Source: an uncultured Actinomycetota bacterium (lineage in GTDB: Bacteria; Actinomycetota; Actinomycetes; Propionibacteriales; Nocardioidaceae). Taken from it: a stretch of DNA of 64,000 bases. The translations under genes and the position numbers were made by a program. The stretch spans positions 30,666 to 94,665 of the forward strand of contig CAWAGN010000016.1 of assembly GCA_963781545.1 (NCBI GenBank). Direction: 5' to 3'. Within the stretch, counting starts at the first letter, position 1, and each line of letters begins with the position of its first letter. Shown piece after piece: positions 28,505 through 38,624 of this stretch. The notes under the pieces were generated by a model, which made no database searches, was not told the origin of the DNA, and saw only the letters and a program-made list of their open reading frames with translations.

Positions 28505-30801
28505 GTGTGTCTCGGACGCGCGCTACGAACGGCCACCGTCGGGTCGGTGGTGCTGTTCGCCGTCCTGCTGGTCTCGCCCGTTTCGATGGGGCCGGACTGG
28601 GTGCGGGACGTGGTCGTCGGCAACGTGGTCTACCTGCTGCCGGTGGCGGTCCTGGTGCACGAAGCGCGGACCCGGGAGGAAGGCCGTGGCTGGAGGCTGG
28701 TGATCGCGGCCGGCATGCTCGCGTTCTTCGCCGGCAACGTCATCTACCTCTACCAGAGCGCCGTGGGCGAAGCAGCCTTCCCCTCGTGGGCCGATGTCGG
28801 CTACCTCGGAATCTACCCCTGCTTGTTGGCCGGTCTTCTGCTGGCCCTGCGCCAGCACCTTCGGGGCTCCGGTCTGGTCGTGCTTCTCGACGGGGTCATC
28901 GGCATGGCCGCTGCGGCGGCCGTCGTGGCTGCCGCCATCAATCCCCTGGTGGTCAGGCTCTGGGACGGCAGTGCGGCGGCGGTCGTGAGCGTGGCCTACC
29001 CGGTGTGCGACGGCCTTCTGGTCGTGGCCTCGCTGAGCGCCCTGGGGTTGGTCGGACACGGAAGGGGGCGCGTGTTCGGGTTGTGGGCGATGGGCCTCCT
29101 GGTGTTCGCGGTCGCCGACATGTTCTACGCCTACCGCGTCGCGTTCGACACCTACCAGGTGGGCACCTGGCTCGATGCGTTGTGGGCTGCCGGGTTCGCG
29201 CTGGTGGCCCTGGGCGGCAGCAGCGCGGAGAATGCCGGTGACCGAGCAGGGATCCCCGGCCTCGCATCGTTGGTCGTCCTCGGCACGGGTGGCCTGGCGG
29301 CCACCGTGGTCCTCGCCGTGGCGTCGATCTGGCACGCCTCGCTCTTCTCCGTCGTCCTGGCGCTGGGGGCGCTGCTGGGATGTGGCCTCCGTGCGGTGCT
29401 GTCGTTCGTGAGGCTGCGCGACCTGGCCACGCTCCGACAGCAGGCCATGAGCGACGACCTCACCGGCATTGCCAACCGGCGGTCGCTGTACCAGTGTCTC
29501 GACGCCTACTTCGCCCAGTCCGCCGACCCGCACGGAGCCAGAGAACGGCACGCCGCTTTGATCCTGATCGACCTGGACCGTTTCAAGGAGGTCAACGACT
29601 CTTTCGGACACGCCGTCGGGGACGAGCTGCTGCGTTGCGTGGTGGAGCGGTTCGAGGCCAGCCTGGGCAGGCAGCGGACCACCCATCTGCTCGCCAGGCT
29701 GGGCGGGGACGAGTTCGCGCTCGTGCTGCCGGACTGCTCCGAGGAGCGCATCGCCTGCGGTGTGGCGCAGGCGTTGCAGGAGAGCCTGACCAGGCCGATG
29801 GACCTGTGCGGGATCACCCTGCACGTGAACGCGAGCATGGGCGTCGCCCTCGCTCCCTCGCACGGCACCAGCCGCAGCGACCTGCTCTTCGCCGCCGACT
29901 CCGCCATGTACGCAGCCAAGACGGTCGGTGACTCGGTCCAGGTGTACTCACCCGCCACCGGCGGTGACCAGCGTCGACGACTACAGCTGGCCGAAGACCT
30001 GTACGCCGCCCTGGAGCGCGACGAGCTCAACGTCGTCTACCAGCCGATCACCACGGTCGACCAGGACGTGGTCGGCGTCGAGGCGCTCGTGCGTTGGGAC
30101 CACCCCGTCTGGGGTCGGCTGGCCCCCATGGACTTCCTGGGAGTCGCCGAGCACTACCGGCTGACGCCGGCCGTGGCGAAGCGGGTGCTGGCGGTCGCGC
30201 TGCGCGACCTCGCAAGCTGGCGGGCGAGGGGCGCCGAACTGAGCGTGTCCGTCAACGTCTCTCCCTCGGACGTGCGCGACGAGGGACTCATCGACGCGGT
30301 GGCGACGGCTCTGATGGAGACCGGACTGCCGGGGCACGCGCTGACCATCGAGGTCACCGAGTCGGCGATCATGCAGGACCCGCAGCGTGCCCGTGCGGTC
30401 TTCGCCGGGCTGCGCGAGCTGGGCGTCCGGCTCGCCATCGACGACTACGGCACCGGCTACAGCAGCCTGGAGTACCTCTACCGGCTGCCCATCGACGAGC
30501 TCAAGCTCGACCGCACCTTCATCCAGGACCTGGTGACCGACAGGCGCGCGGCCGCCATCGTGGGATCCACGATCGAGCTGACCCATGCCCTCGGGCTTCG
30601 CATGGTGGCCGAGGGTGTCGAGGACGAGCCCACCCTTGCCGTGCTTCGCGATCTCGGAACCGACCTGGTGCAGGGTTGGCACGTCGGGCGCCCAGTTTCC
30701 CCGCCGACCTCGAGCGGCGTCTCGGGCTCCGCGACGAGCACCGCGGCAGCGAAGACGCGCTCGCTGTCGACGCGGGACTCGGCTCCGGCCCGGTTTCCTG
30801 A
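28505..30801 (+). CDS. Membrane-bound GGDEF-EAL diguanylate cyclase/phosphodiesterase; frameshift near 30700
   Basis: About 9-10 TM N-terminus, DDLTGIANRR, DLDRFKEVNDSFGHAVGDELL, RLGGDEF, VEALVRW, IDDYGTGYSS and AEGVE. After QGWHVGRPV the natural tail (PADLERRL...GPVS*) is in another frame ending at 30801; the uncorrected ORF runs to 30880. Confidence 0.88.
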
Positions 30802-30862
30802 CCCGCGCGATTCTTGCCTGGTGGGACGGACGAGGGCTTCACCGTCGACCGTCTCGAGAGCG

Positions 30863-31818
30863 TCATGGAGACGGAAGTGAGAATCTCTGGCGATAGGACG
30901 TGGGGGTGGTCGCGTAGGTCGCGACGAAGTTCTGGCGGAAGGTCACGACGCTGCCGAAGCCACAGGCGGCGGAGACGCGGTCGACGGACCAACTCGTCGC
31001 CTCGAGGAGGCGCCGTGCTTCGTCGAGGCGATGGGCCAGGATCCAGCGCGCGGGGGTGCTGCCCATGATCTCGGCGAACCGGCGGGTGAAGTTGCGCCGG
31101 CTCATGCGAGCATGGGCGGCGAGCTCATCGACCGCGAGCCGCTGGTCGAGGTGCGCGAGCGCCCAGTCGAGGATCGGTCCGAGGTGTCCCACGCCGCCGG
31201 GCTCGGGCATCGGGCGGACGACGTACTGGGCCTGGTCGCCCTCGCGGTGCGGCGCCACGACAAGGTGGCGAGCGACCGTCGCGGCCGCCGAAGAGCCCAG
31301 GTGGGAGCGGACGATGTGACAGGCAGGCGTCGATGGCGGATGCGGTGCCGGCTGAGGTGAGGACGTCGCCGTGGTCCAGGTAGAGCGCTGCGGCGTTGAC
31401 CGCCACGTCGGGACGCCGGCGGACGAGACTGGTCCACGGCGCCCCAGTGGGTCACGGCGTCGCGTCCGTCGAGCACTCCGCTGTCGACCACCGGGAAGGC
31501 GCCCAGGCACAGCCCGGCAATGCGGCTGCCACGCGCCTGGGCGGCGCGGAGACTGGTCGCCAGGACCTCGTCCGCGACTGGCAGGTCGGACGGCCAGGAC
31601 GGCAAGACCACGAGGTCGGCGTCCTCGACCGCGGTGGGGCCGGTGACGTCCTGGACCATCGGGCCTTCGGCGGTCCGGATGCCTCGACCGTCATCGGTCC
31701 AGACGATGGGATCCCAGCCCTCGGCCAAGCCCTGCCGACCGACCTCGCCGAACACCATCAGGGGGGCGGCGAGGTGGAACATGGTGATGCCGTCGAAGGC
31801 ATACACAGCGATCCGCAT
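30863..31818 (-). pseudogene. GlxA/FtrA-type AraC regulator (DJ-1 domain plus HTH) with two +1 frameshifts (31428, 31319)
   Basis: MRIAVYAFDG...GLCLGAF...THW, then AVNAAALYLDHGDVLTSAG..SAIDACL, then HIVRSHLG...MSRRNFTRRF...CGFGS.VTFRQNF, each in a successive frame. Probably intact in vivo. Confidence 0.8.
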
Positions 31819-31928
31819 TCTTGGCCCGATCTCATCGAAAGGTGTCATTCGTGCCACTCACGGTACCTCGGTCGGCTGGGCGAAGATGGACGCGATCCCG
31901 TTCGCCAGCCTCCCGAAGGAGAACAGCC

Positions 31929-32568
31929 ATGACAGAGCTGCGCCGAGCACTCATCGTCGTCGACGTCCAGCAGGAGTACTTCAAGGGGATCCTGCAGATC
32001 CAGGCTCCCGTCACGCGACAAGACGCTCGCCAACATCGTGGCCGCCCTCGAAGTCGCAGAGCGAGCAGGACCTGCCCGTGGTCGTCGTGCAGCACCAGCT
32101 GCCCGAAGGCGCGCCTGCCTTCGCGGTAGGCAGCGAGAGCTGGTCGCTGCACCCCGAGATCGAGCAGCGGCTGCAGCCCGCGTGGAAGCGCGTCACGAAG
32201 GACAAGGGCAGTGTCTTCGCCGGCACCGACGTCGCCGCGTGGCTGGCCGAGCAGGACGTCGACACCATCACGATCGTCGGCTACATGACCAACAACTGCG
32301 ACCTCGCCACCGCCGTCGAGCGCCGAGGAGCTCGGCCTCGCAGCCGAGATCCTCGTCTGACGCCAGTGGCGCCATCCACCTGGCCAACGAGGCTGGCAAG
32401 GTCTCCGCCGATCAGCTGCACGAGACGCTCCTCGTGCTCCTGCACTCCAACTTTGCCGCCGTCACCACGACCGAGGCCTGGACCAAGGCCGTCGCGAGTG
32501 GTGAAGCCCTTCCCAAGAGCGACCTCGGGACATCCGCGACGCAGGGGCGTGCCGCCTTCGCGGGCTGA
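31929..32568 (+). pseudogene. Cysteine hydrolase (isochorismatase family) with four +1 frameshifts
   Basis: ALIVVDVQQEYF, VVVVQHQ, KDKGSVFAGT, GYMTNNCDLAT and DASGAI segments. Insertions near 32005, 32063, 32320 and 32356; no premature in-frame stops after correction. Confidence 0.8.
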
Positions 32569-32756
32569 CTGACCGCGAGCGTTGGGCTCTCAGCCATGCG
32601 CAGGCACCCCGCCGTTCGCCGTTGTCGATCACTGCGCGACCGCGGCGACGACCAGGCTCCCGTCGGCCGACGGCGCGGACCGCCCGGACCGAGCCCGGCC
32701 GAGACCCCGTTCTGCCGTTCGTGCGGAGGCGACCTGCTTCCGACCCGCGGCCTGCC

Positions 32757-32833
32757 TGGTGGGGCGGGCGGGGCTCGAACCCACGACCCAGGGATTATGA
32801 GTCCCCTGCTCTGACCGACTGAGCTACCGCCCC
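32757..32833 (-). tRNA. tRNA with CAT anticodon, most likely tRNA-Ile2 (lysidine-modified)
   Basis: GGGGCGGTAGCTCAGTCGGTCAGAGCAGGGGACTCATAATCCCTGGGTCGTGGGTTCGAGCCCCGCCCGCCCCACCA. Cloverleaf with CCA encoded and a paired 1:72 position (not initiator). Ile2 versus elongator Met is an inference. Confidence 0.93.
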
Positions 32834-32881
32834 GCCGCAGAGACTAGTGGGAGCGCCCGGATCCCGAGCGTCCCAGCGTGC

Positions 32882-34597
32882 TCAGTGGTTCTTGTGCCGC
32901 GGCTTCTTGCCGGTGTGCGGGGAGGACGCGCCGTGCCGACGCGGAGGTCCCGAGGAGTGGCTGCGGGACGGGCCGCGGGACGGGCCGGCGTCGGGCTGCA
33001 GGTCGATCAGGACACCGGAGATCCGCGTCGTCGAGAGCGCGGACAGGGTCTGCTGCGACATGTCTGCGGGGAGCTCGACCAGGGAGAAGCCGGGCTTGAT
33101 GTCGATCCGGCCGAAGTCGCCGCGGCGCAGGCCGCCCTCGTTGGCGAGGGCACCGACGATCATCCGCGGCTCGACACGATGGCGCTTGCCGACCGCGATC
33201 CGGTACGTCGTCAGGCCGGAGCCGGGCTCTTTGCGCTCGCGCGACTCGCGTCGTACCGGCTCGGGGTCGTCCTCGAGGAAGAGGGGTGCGCCGTCCTGGG
33301 CGAGGACCGCGATGGCGGCGGCGATGTCGGAGGCGGGGACGTCGTGCTCCTGCTCGTAGGTCTCGACGAGCCCGCGGAACAGCGACAGCTGGGAGTCGCC
33401 GAGCGCCTTGGTGATTGCCTCGGTGAACTTGGCGACCCGGTTGGCGTTCACGTCGTCCACGCTGGGCTTCGGCATCTCCGTGATCGGCTGGCGGGTGGCC
33501 TTCTCGATCGATCGGAGCAGGTACTTCTCACGGGGCGTCACGAACGAGATCGCGTCGCCGCTGCGGCCGGCGCGGCCGGTGCGACCGATCCGGTGCACGT
33601 AGCCCTCGGCGTCGGTCGGGATGTCGTAGTTGATCACGTGGCTGATCCGCTCGACGTCGAGCCCACGGGCAGCCACGTCGGTGGCGACCAGGATGTCGAG
33701 CTTGCCCTTGCGCAGGGACTCGATGGTCCGCTCGCGCTGGTTCTGCACGACGTCCCCGTTGATCGCCACCGCGGAGAAGCCGCGTGCGCGCAGCCGCTCG
33801 GCCAGGTCCTCGGTGGCCTGCTTCGTGCGGACGAAGACGATCATCCCGTCGAAGTTCTCCACCTCGAGGATCCGGGTGAGCGCATCGACCTTCTGCTGGT
33901 GGGAGACGAACAGGTAGCGCTGGGCCACGTTGGCCGCCGTGCGGGTCTTGTTCTTGACGGTGATCTGGACCGCGTTCGGCGCGTACTTGGTGGCGATCCG
34001 GCGGATCTGCGGCGGCATCGTCGCGGAGAACAGCGCGACCTGCTTGTCGGGAGGCGTGGTCTTCAGGATCGTCTCGACGTCCTCGGCGAAGCCCATGTTG
34101 AGCATCTCGTCGGCCTCGTCGAGCACGACGTACTGCACCTGGGAGAGATCGAGCGTCCCCTTCTCCAGGTGGTCCATCACGCGGCCCGGTGTGCCGACCA
34201 CGACGTGCACTCCGCGACGCAGGGCGGAGAGCTGGACGCCGTAGCCCTGACCGCCGTAGACCGGCAGCACGTGGAGGCCCTTCACGTGGGTGGCGTACTT
34301 CCCGAACGCCTCGGCGACCTGGAGCGCGAGCTCGCGCGTCGGTGCCAGGACGAGCGCCTGCGGAGTCTTGGCCGAGGTGTCGATCCGGGACAGGATCGGG
34401 AGCGCGAACGCCGCGGTCTTGCCGGTGCCGGTCTGGGCCAGGCCGACCACGTGCTTGCCCTCGAGCAGGTGGGGGATGGTCTGCGCCTGGATCGGGGACG
34501 GCGACTCGTAGCCGACGTCGCGCAGCACCTTCAGGACGCGGTCGGAGAGACCGAGCTCGTCGAAGGTGATCGTCTGCTGCTGCTCATCGTCGGACAC
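32882..34597 (-). CDS. deaD: DEAD-box RNA helicase DeaD/CsdA with DbpA RNA-binding domain
   Basis: AQTGTGKT, PTRELA, LDEAD, SAT and HRIGRTGR motifs, plus C-terminal YRIAVGKRH..EP..IVGALANE; GTG lies 6 nt after TAGTCT. Confidence 0.95.
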   Translation of the reverse strand: MSDDEQQQTITFDELGLSDRVLKVLRDVGYESPSPIQAQTIPHLLEGKHVVGLAQTGTGKTAAFALPILSRIDTSAKTPQALVLAPTRELALQVAEAFGKYATHVKGLHVLPVYGGQGYGVQLSALRRGVHVVVGTPGRVMDHLEKGTLDLSQVQYVVLDEADEMLNMGFAEDVETILKTTPPDKQVALFSATMPPQIRRIATKYAPNAVQITVKNKTRTAANVAQRYLFVSHQQKVDALTRILEVENFDGMIVFVRTKQATEDLAERLRARGFSAVAINGDVVQNQRERTIESLRKGKLDILVATDVAARGLDVERISHVINYDIPTDAEGYVHRIGRTGRAGRSGDAISFVTPREKYLLRSIEKATRQPITEMPKPSVDDVNANRVAKFTEAITKALGDSQLSLFRGLVETYEQEHDVPASDIAAAIAVLAQDGAPLFLEDDPEPVRRESRERKEPGSGLTTYRIAVGKRHRVEPRMIVGALANEGGLRRGDFGRIDIKPGFSLVELPADMSQQTLSALSTTRISGVLIDLQPDAGPSRGPSRSHSSGPPRRHGASSPHTGKKPRHKNH

Positions 34598-34726
34598 CGG
34601 CCAAGACTAGTGCCCGCAGGCGCAACGGGCCCCATCGAAACCGCCTGCGCCCGTGTGAGTGCAGACACCGACCGTGGGCCCACCGGGCGGTCGTCTGCGC
34701 ACGCCCAGCCGACGTGGGAGGGATGC

Positions 34727-35737
34727 TCAGGTCGTCGCGGGACCGAGCAGCGGCGGGTCGGTCACCGTGGCCAGCCAGTCGCTGGCTGCGCTCCCCCAGT
34801 CGATCCGCTCCGCGGGTGACATCGACGGTGTCGCCCGCACCCAGGCCTCGTGTCGGCCCAACGTGGCCAACCGCAGCCCGTGTGGGAGCGCCGCCCGGAG
34901 CTCGCGGGTCGGCGCCACGTCGCTCCAGACCTCGACGAGGGCCTCGGCGACGTGCCCGAGCCGGGGATCGTCGGATGCGCAGTCGAGCTGGTCGGCCAGG
35001 ATGCGGAGCGGGATCAGCAGCACCCCCAGCGGATCCGTAAGCAGGGCGTCGCCGAGGTCGAAGAACCGCATCGCGTCGCCCGGAGGTGCGAAGACGTTGC
35101 CTCCGTGCAGGTCGTTGTGGTTGAGCGCCATGGGCAGGCCGAGGGCACCCACCGCGTCGACGGACCGCCGGAGCTCCGGGAGACCGGCCCGGATCGCGGG
35201 CACTGCCTCGTCGGGCAGCCGCCGCGGGTCGCCGGCGGGGAGCGCGTTGAGCGCCTCGGTGCGGTCGAGCACGAGCTCCTCGGAGTCCTCCGGGCGCATC
35301 GTGCCGACTCCGGCAGCGGTGAGCCGGTCGGTGTGTGGCAGGAGCAGCCGCTGGAGCTGCGCCCACTGCCGGACCACCTCGCTCCACGAGTCGAGGTCCG
35401 GGTGATCGGCGCCGAGCACGGGGCCCTCGTCCGGCATCAACAGCAGACCGCGCTCGCGGTCGACCGAGCGGAGCCGCACCACCCGGTCGGGCTCGAGCTG
35501 CCCGATCTCGTCGACGAGGGCTGCCTCGAACAGGTTGAGCAGGCAGTTCTGCTTGGCCCAGAACAGTCCGTCTGCGGCGTGGGCCCGGAGCACCGTCGCC
35601 CAGCCGCGCAGCTTGACCTGCTCGAGCCGCACCGGGCCCACCGCGTCCTCGACGAAGGCGCGCAGCTCGGCCTCGAAGTCCGGCCCCAGCCAGCGGTCCG
35701 TGCTGGACGGCGCATCGGGCGGGAGCGGGAAGCGCAT
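34727..35737 (-). CDS. Aminoglycoside-phosphotransferase/choline-kinase-like protein
   Basis: FWAK, LNHNDLHGGNV and FFDLGDA kinase-fold motifs. Confidence 0.8.
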   Translation of the reverse strand: MRFPLPPDAPSSTDRWLGPDFEAELRAFVEDAVGPVRLEQVKLRGWATVLRAHAADGLFWAKQNCLLNLFEAALVDEIGQLEPDRVVRLRSVDRERGLLLMPDEGPVLGADHPDLDSWSEVVRQWAQLQRLLLPHTDRLTAAGVGTMRPEDSEELVLDRTEALNALPAGDPRRLPDEAVPAIRAGLPELRRSVDAVGALGLPMALNHNDLHGGNVFAPPGDAMRFFDLGDALLTDPLGVLLIPLRILADQLDCASDDPRLGHVAEALVEVWSDVAPTRELRAALPHGLRLATLGRHEAWVRATPSMSPAERIDWGSAASDWLATVTDPPLLGPATT

Positions 35738-35789
35738 GAGCCGATGGTGGCCGGGTTCACACCGGTCCACCAGCGAATATGCTCAGGTC

Positions 35790-36542
35790 ATGTCGGAGAC
35801 GCCTGTGCCCGCACCGCTCGAGCCCCTCCGCGAGGACTGGGAGCGCATGCTCTGCGTCGTCGCACATCCCGACGACATGGAGTTCGGCGCCGCCGCCGCG
35901 GTCGCCCGCTGGACCCGGCAGGGCAAGTGGGTCGGTTACGTCATGGTCACCAGCGGCGAGGCCGGCATCGACGGCATGGAGCCGGACGAGTGCCGCGGGG
36001 TGCGCGAGGCCGAGGAGGTCGAGTCGGCACGGATCGTCGGGGTCGACACCGTCGACTTCCTGCAGGAGCCCGACGGCGTGCTCGAGTACGGCCTCCCCCT
36101 GCGCGAGGCGATCTGCGGCGCTGTCCGACGGCACCGTCCCGACATCGTGGTGACCGGCAACTTCCGCGACACCTGGGGCGGTCAGAACCTCAACCAAGCC
36201 GACCACATCGCCACCGGCCGCGCCGTCGTCGACGCGGTCCGCGACGCCGGCAACCGCTGGGTCTTCAACCACCAGCTCTCCGCCGATCTCGAGCCGTGGG
36301 GAGGCGTGAAGCAGGTCTGGGCCTTCGGGTCCCCGCAGTCGGCGCACGGCGTCGACACCACCGACACCTTCGACGCCGGGGTCGAGTCGTTGAAGGCGCA
36401 CGCGGCGTACATCCAGGGACTCGGGTGGGAGAACTGGGACGAACGCGAGTTCCTCGAGGGCATGGCCCGCGCCACCGGCCAGCGGATGGGCGTCGCGTTC
36501 GCCGCGCCGTTCGAGGTGTTCCCGATGGGCTGGGGCGACTAG
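35790..36542 (+). CDS. PIG-L/LmbE family deacetylase
   Basis: VVAHPDDMEFG, TSGEAG, R..E and NQADHIATG motifs; ATG lies 6 nt after TATGCT. Confidence 0.9.
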   Translation: MSETPVPAPLEPLREDWERMLCVVAHPDDMEFGAAAAVARWTRQGKWVGYVMVTSGEAGIDGMEPDECRGVREAEEVESARIVGVDTVDFLQEPDGVLEYGLPLREAICGAVRRHRPDIVVTGNFRDTWGGQNLNQADHIATGRAVVDAVRDAGNRWVFNHQLSADLEPWGGVKQVWAFGSPQSAHGVDTTDTFDAGVESLKAHAAYIQGLGWENWDEREFLEGMARATGQRMGVAFAAPFEVFPMGWGD

Positions 36543-36937
36543 CCGACCAGCTCCTCCACCAGGTGCGCCACGCGGCGCCGGATCTCGTCCCGGATCGGCC
36601 GCACCGCCTCGATCCCCTGCCCGGCGGGGTCGTCGAGCTCCCAGTCCTCGTAACGCGTGCCGGGGAAGAACGGGCAGGCGTCGCCGCAGCCCATGGTGAC
36701 CACCACGTCGGACGCACGTACGGCGCCCTCGGTGAGCACCTTCGGCGTGGCGGAGGCGATGTCGATGCCGACCTCCGCCATCGCAGCGACCGCCACCGGG
36801 TTCACCTCCGCGGCCGGCACGGACCCGGCCGAGAGCACCTCGACCCGGTCATCGGAGAGGCGCCGGAGGAAGCCGGCGGCCATCTGGGAGCGGCCCGCGT
36901 TGTGCACGCAGACGAAGAGCACGGTCGGACGCATCAC
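36539..36937 (-). CDS. arsC: Arsenate reductase, LMW-PTP family
   Basis: LFVCVHNAGRSQMA, TMGCGDACP and WELDDP motifs. Confidence 0.93.
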   Translation of the reverse strand: MMRPTVLFVCVHNAGRSQMAAGFLRRLSDDRVEVLSAGSVPAAEVNPVAVAAMAEVGIDIASATPKVLTEGAVRASDVVVTMGCGDACPFFPGTRYEDWELDDPAGQGIEAVRPIRDEIRRRVAHLVEELVG

Positions 36938-37599
36938 GGGACCCGCCTGGTCGGGAAGAGGAAGCCGACCAGCACGGCGGCACCGGCACCTGCGACAAGC
37001 TGCACGACCACGAAGAGGGGCACCGACGCCGGTGCGATTCCCGCGAACGTGTCCGAGAACATCCGGGCCACCGTCACTGCCGGGTTGGCGAAGCTGGTCG
37101 AGCTGGTGAACCAGTAGGCGGCCGTGATGTAGCCGCCCACCGCGAAGGCGACGGTCTGGATCCGGTCCTGCCGCAGGCTGCCGAAGACCACGACCACGAG
37201 CCCGGTCGTGGCGACCGCCTCAGCCAGCCAGAGGTCGCCCCCCGACCGCGCGTGCGAGGACCAGGACACGGCGGCGCCGCCGTACATCAGGTTCGCGAGC
37301 ACGGCGCCGAGCACCCCGCCGACGAGCTGCGCCGCCACCAGCAGCCCCGCCTCGGCCGTGCCGATCTGCCCGCGCAGCCGCTCGACCAGGGTGACGACCG
37401 GGTTGAACGACGCCGAGACGGGTTGCAGCGCGAGGATCAGGGCGACCAGTGCGGCTCCGGTCACGACGCTGTTCTCCAGGAGCTGGAGACCCGGCTGCCC
37501 CGGCGACAGGCGGGTCGCGGCGATGCCCGACCCGACCACCGCGGCGACCAGGAACGCGGTCCCCACCAGCTCTGCCGTCGACCTGCGGGCCAGGTTCAC
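36934..37599 (-). CDS. MIP/aquaglyceroporin associated with arsenic resistance (AqpS-like)
   Basis: AELVGTAFL, SFNPVVT and SFANPAVT motifs; six TMs; coupled to arsR and arsC by GTGA overlaps. Confidence 0.88.
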   Translation of the reverse strand: MNLARRSTAELVGTAFLVAAVVGSGIAATRLSPGQPGLQLLENSVVTGAALVALILALQPVSASFNPVVTLVERLRGQIGTAEAGLLVAAQLVGGVLGAVLANLMYGGAAVSWSSHARSGGDLWLAEAVATTGLVVVVFGSLRQDRIQTVAFAVGGYITAAYWFTSSTSFANPAVTVARMFSDTFAGIAPASVPLFVVVQLVAGAGAAVLVGFLFPTRRVP

Positions 37600-37955
37600 C
37601 GGGCGACCCCGCCGAGGAGCGCGCTGACGTTGCCCAGGGCGGTCGCGTCGACCCGGTAGAACACCCAGACGCCGCGCTTGGCGCGCTCGAGCAGGCCCGC
37701 ATCGTGCAGCACCTTCAGGTGGTGGCTGATCGTGGGTTGCGACAGGTCGAACGCGTCCTGCAGGTCGCACACGCAGGCCTCCCCGTCGGCGTGGGAGGCG
37801 ACCAGGGACAGCAGGCGCAGCCGGACCGGGTCAGCCAGCGCCTTGAGCAGCGTGGAGGCGCCCTCGGCGCTCTCTCGGCTCAACGGCTCCTTCGTCAGCG
37901 GCGAGCAGCAGGCCACTGTCTGGACCGGCGTCAGCTCCAGCAGAGACTTCGTCAT
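37596..37955 (-). CDS. arsR: ArsR/SmtB-family repressor
   Basis: N-terminal ACCSPL, KALADPVRLRLL, EACVCDL and SQPTISHHLKVL motifs. Confidence 0.92.
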   Translation of the reverse strand: MTKSLLELTPVQTVACCSPLTKEPLSRESAEGASTLLKALADPVRLRLLSLVASHADGEACVCDLQDAFDLSQPTISHHLKVLHDAGLLERAKRGVWVFYRVDATALGNVSALLGGVAR

Positions 37956-37963
37956 GCATCTAT

Positions 37964-38017
37964 ATTGACGGATGTCGATGTCCGTGGCAACCTCGAAGGA
38001 CATAGATCACCATCGAT
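37964..38017. promoter_or_regulatory. Two putative ArsR operators in the divergent ars promoter
   Basis: ATTGAC-ggat-GTCGAT (37964-37979) and ATAGAT-cacc-ATCGAT (38002-38017), both imperfect 6-4-6 inverted repeats. Confidence 0.6.
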
Positions 38018-38031
38018 ACCAGGAGCACACC

Positions 38032-38445
38032 ATGTCCCGCCTCCAACTCGCCCTCAACGTCGACGACCTCGGCAGCTCGATCGCCTTCTACAGCCGGCTC
38101 TTCGGCACCGAGCCGGCCAAGGTCCGCGAGGGCTACGCCAACTTCGCGGTCGCCGAGCCGCCGCTCAAGCTGGTCCTGATCGAGAACCCCGGTCAGGGCG
38201 GCAGCGTGAACCACCTCGGCGTCGAGGTCCCCGACGTCGACACCGTCGACGCCGAGCAGTCCCGGCTGGCCGCCGCCGGACTGGCGTCCGTCGACGAGCG
38301 GGACACCACCTGCTGCTACGCCAAGCAGGACAAGTTCTGGGTGCAGGGCACCCCGAACGGCGAGCAGTGGGAGATCTACACGGTGCTCGCCGACAGCGAG
38401 TCCTTCTCGGGCGGGAAGGATCAGGGCGCGGCCTGCTGCACCTGA
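38032..38445 (+). CDS. ArsI/CadI-family glyoxalase-like metalloenzyme
   Basis: SRLQLALNV, NHLGVEV, TTCCYAKQDKFWV and WEIYTV motifs; terminal CC; AGGAG RBS. Confidence 0.9.
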   Translation: MSRLQLALNVDDLGSSIAFYSRLFGTEPAKVREGYANFAVAEPPLKLVLIENPGQGGSVNHLGVEVPDVDTVDAEQSRLAAAGLASVDERDTTCCYAKQDKFWVQGTPNGEQWEIYTVLADSESFSGGKDQGAACCT

Positions 38446-38503
38446 GACGACCAGGACGTCACACGGGTCGGTCGCCGGGGCGACCAGCTCGTACGACGTC
38501 CGC

Positions 38504-38579
38504 TGGCTCCCCCGGTTGGACTCGAACCAACAACCCTCCGGTTAACAGCCGAATGCTCTGCCAATTGAGCTACAGGGGA
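38504..38579 (-). tRNA. tRNA-Asn(GTT)
   Basis: TCCCCTGTAGCTCAATTGGCAGAGCATTCGGCTGTTAACCGGAGGGTTGTTGGTTCGAGTCCAACCGGGGGAGCCA; CCA encoded. Confidence 0.97.
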
Positions 38580-38624
38580 TCGCTTCTCAGCGACGGACAC
38601 CATAGCAACCGGCGAGGTCCGGGG

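Noticed and set aside
31929-32568. Programmed ribosomal frameshifting in the isochorismatase or AraC genes
   Set aside because: Six scattered +1 insertions without slippery sequences or stimulatory structures; sequencing error is far more parsimonious.
27434-32756. Prophage or integrative element at tRNA-Ile2
   Set aside because: No integrase or phage genes, and I found no duplicated tRNA 3' end.
32596-32814. 72-aa ORF with a CRSC motif
   Set aside because: It runs antisense into tRNA-Ile2, has no RBS, and a single CxxC is likely chance.
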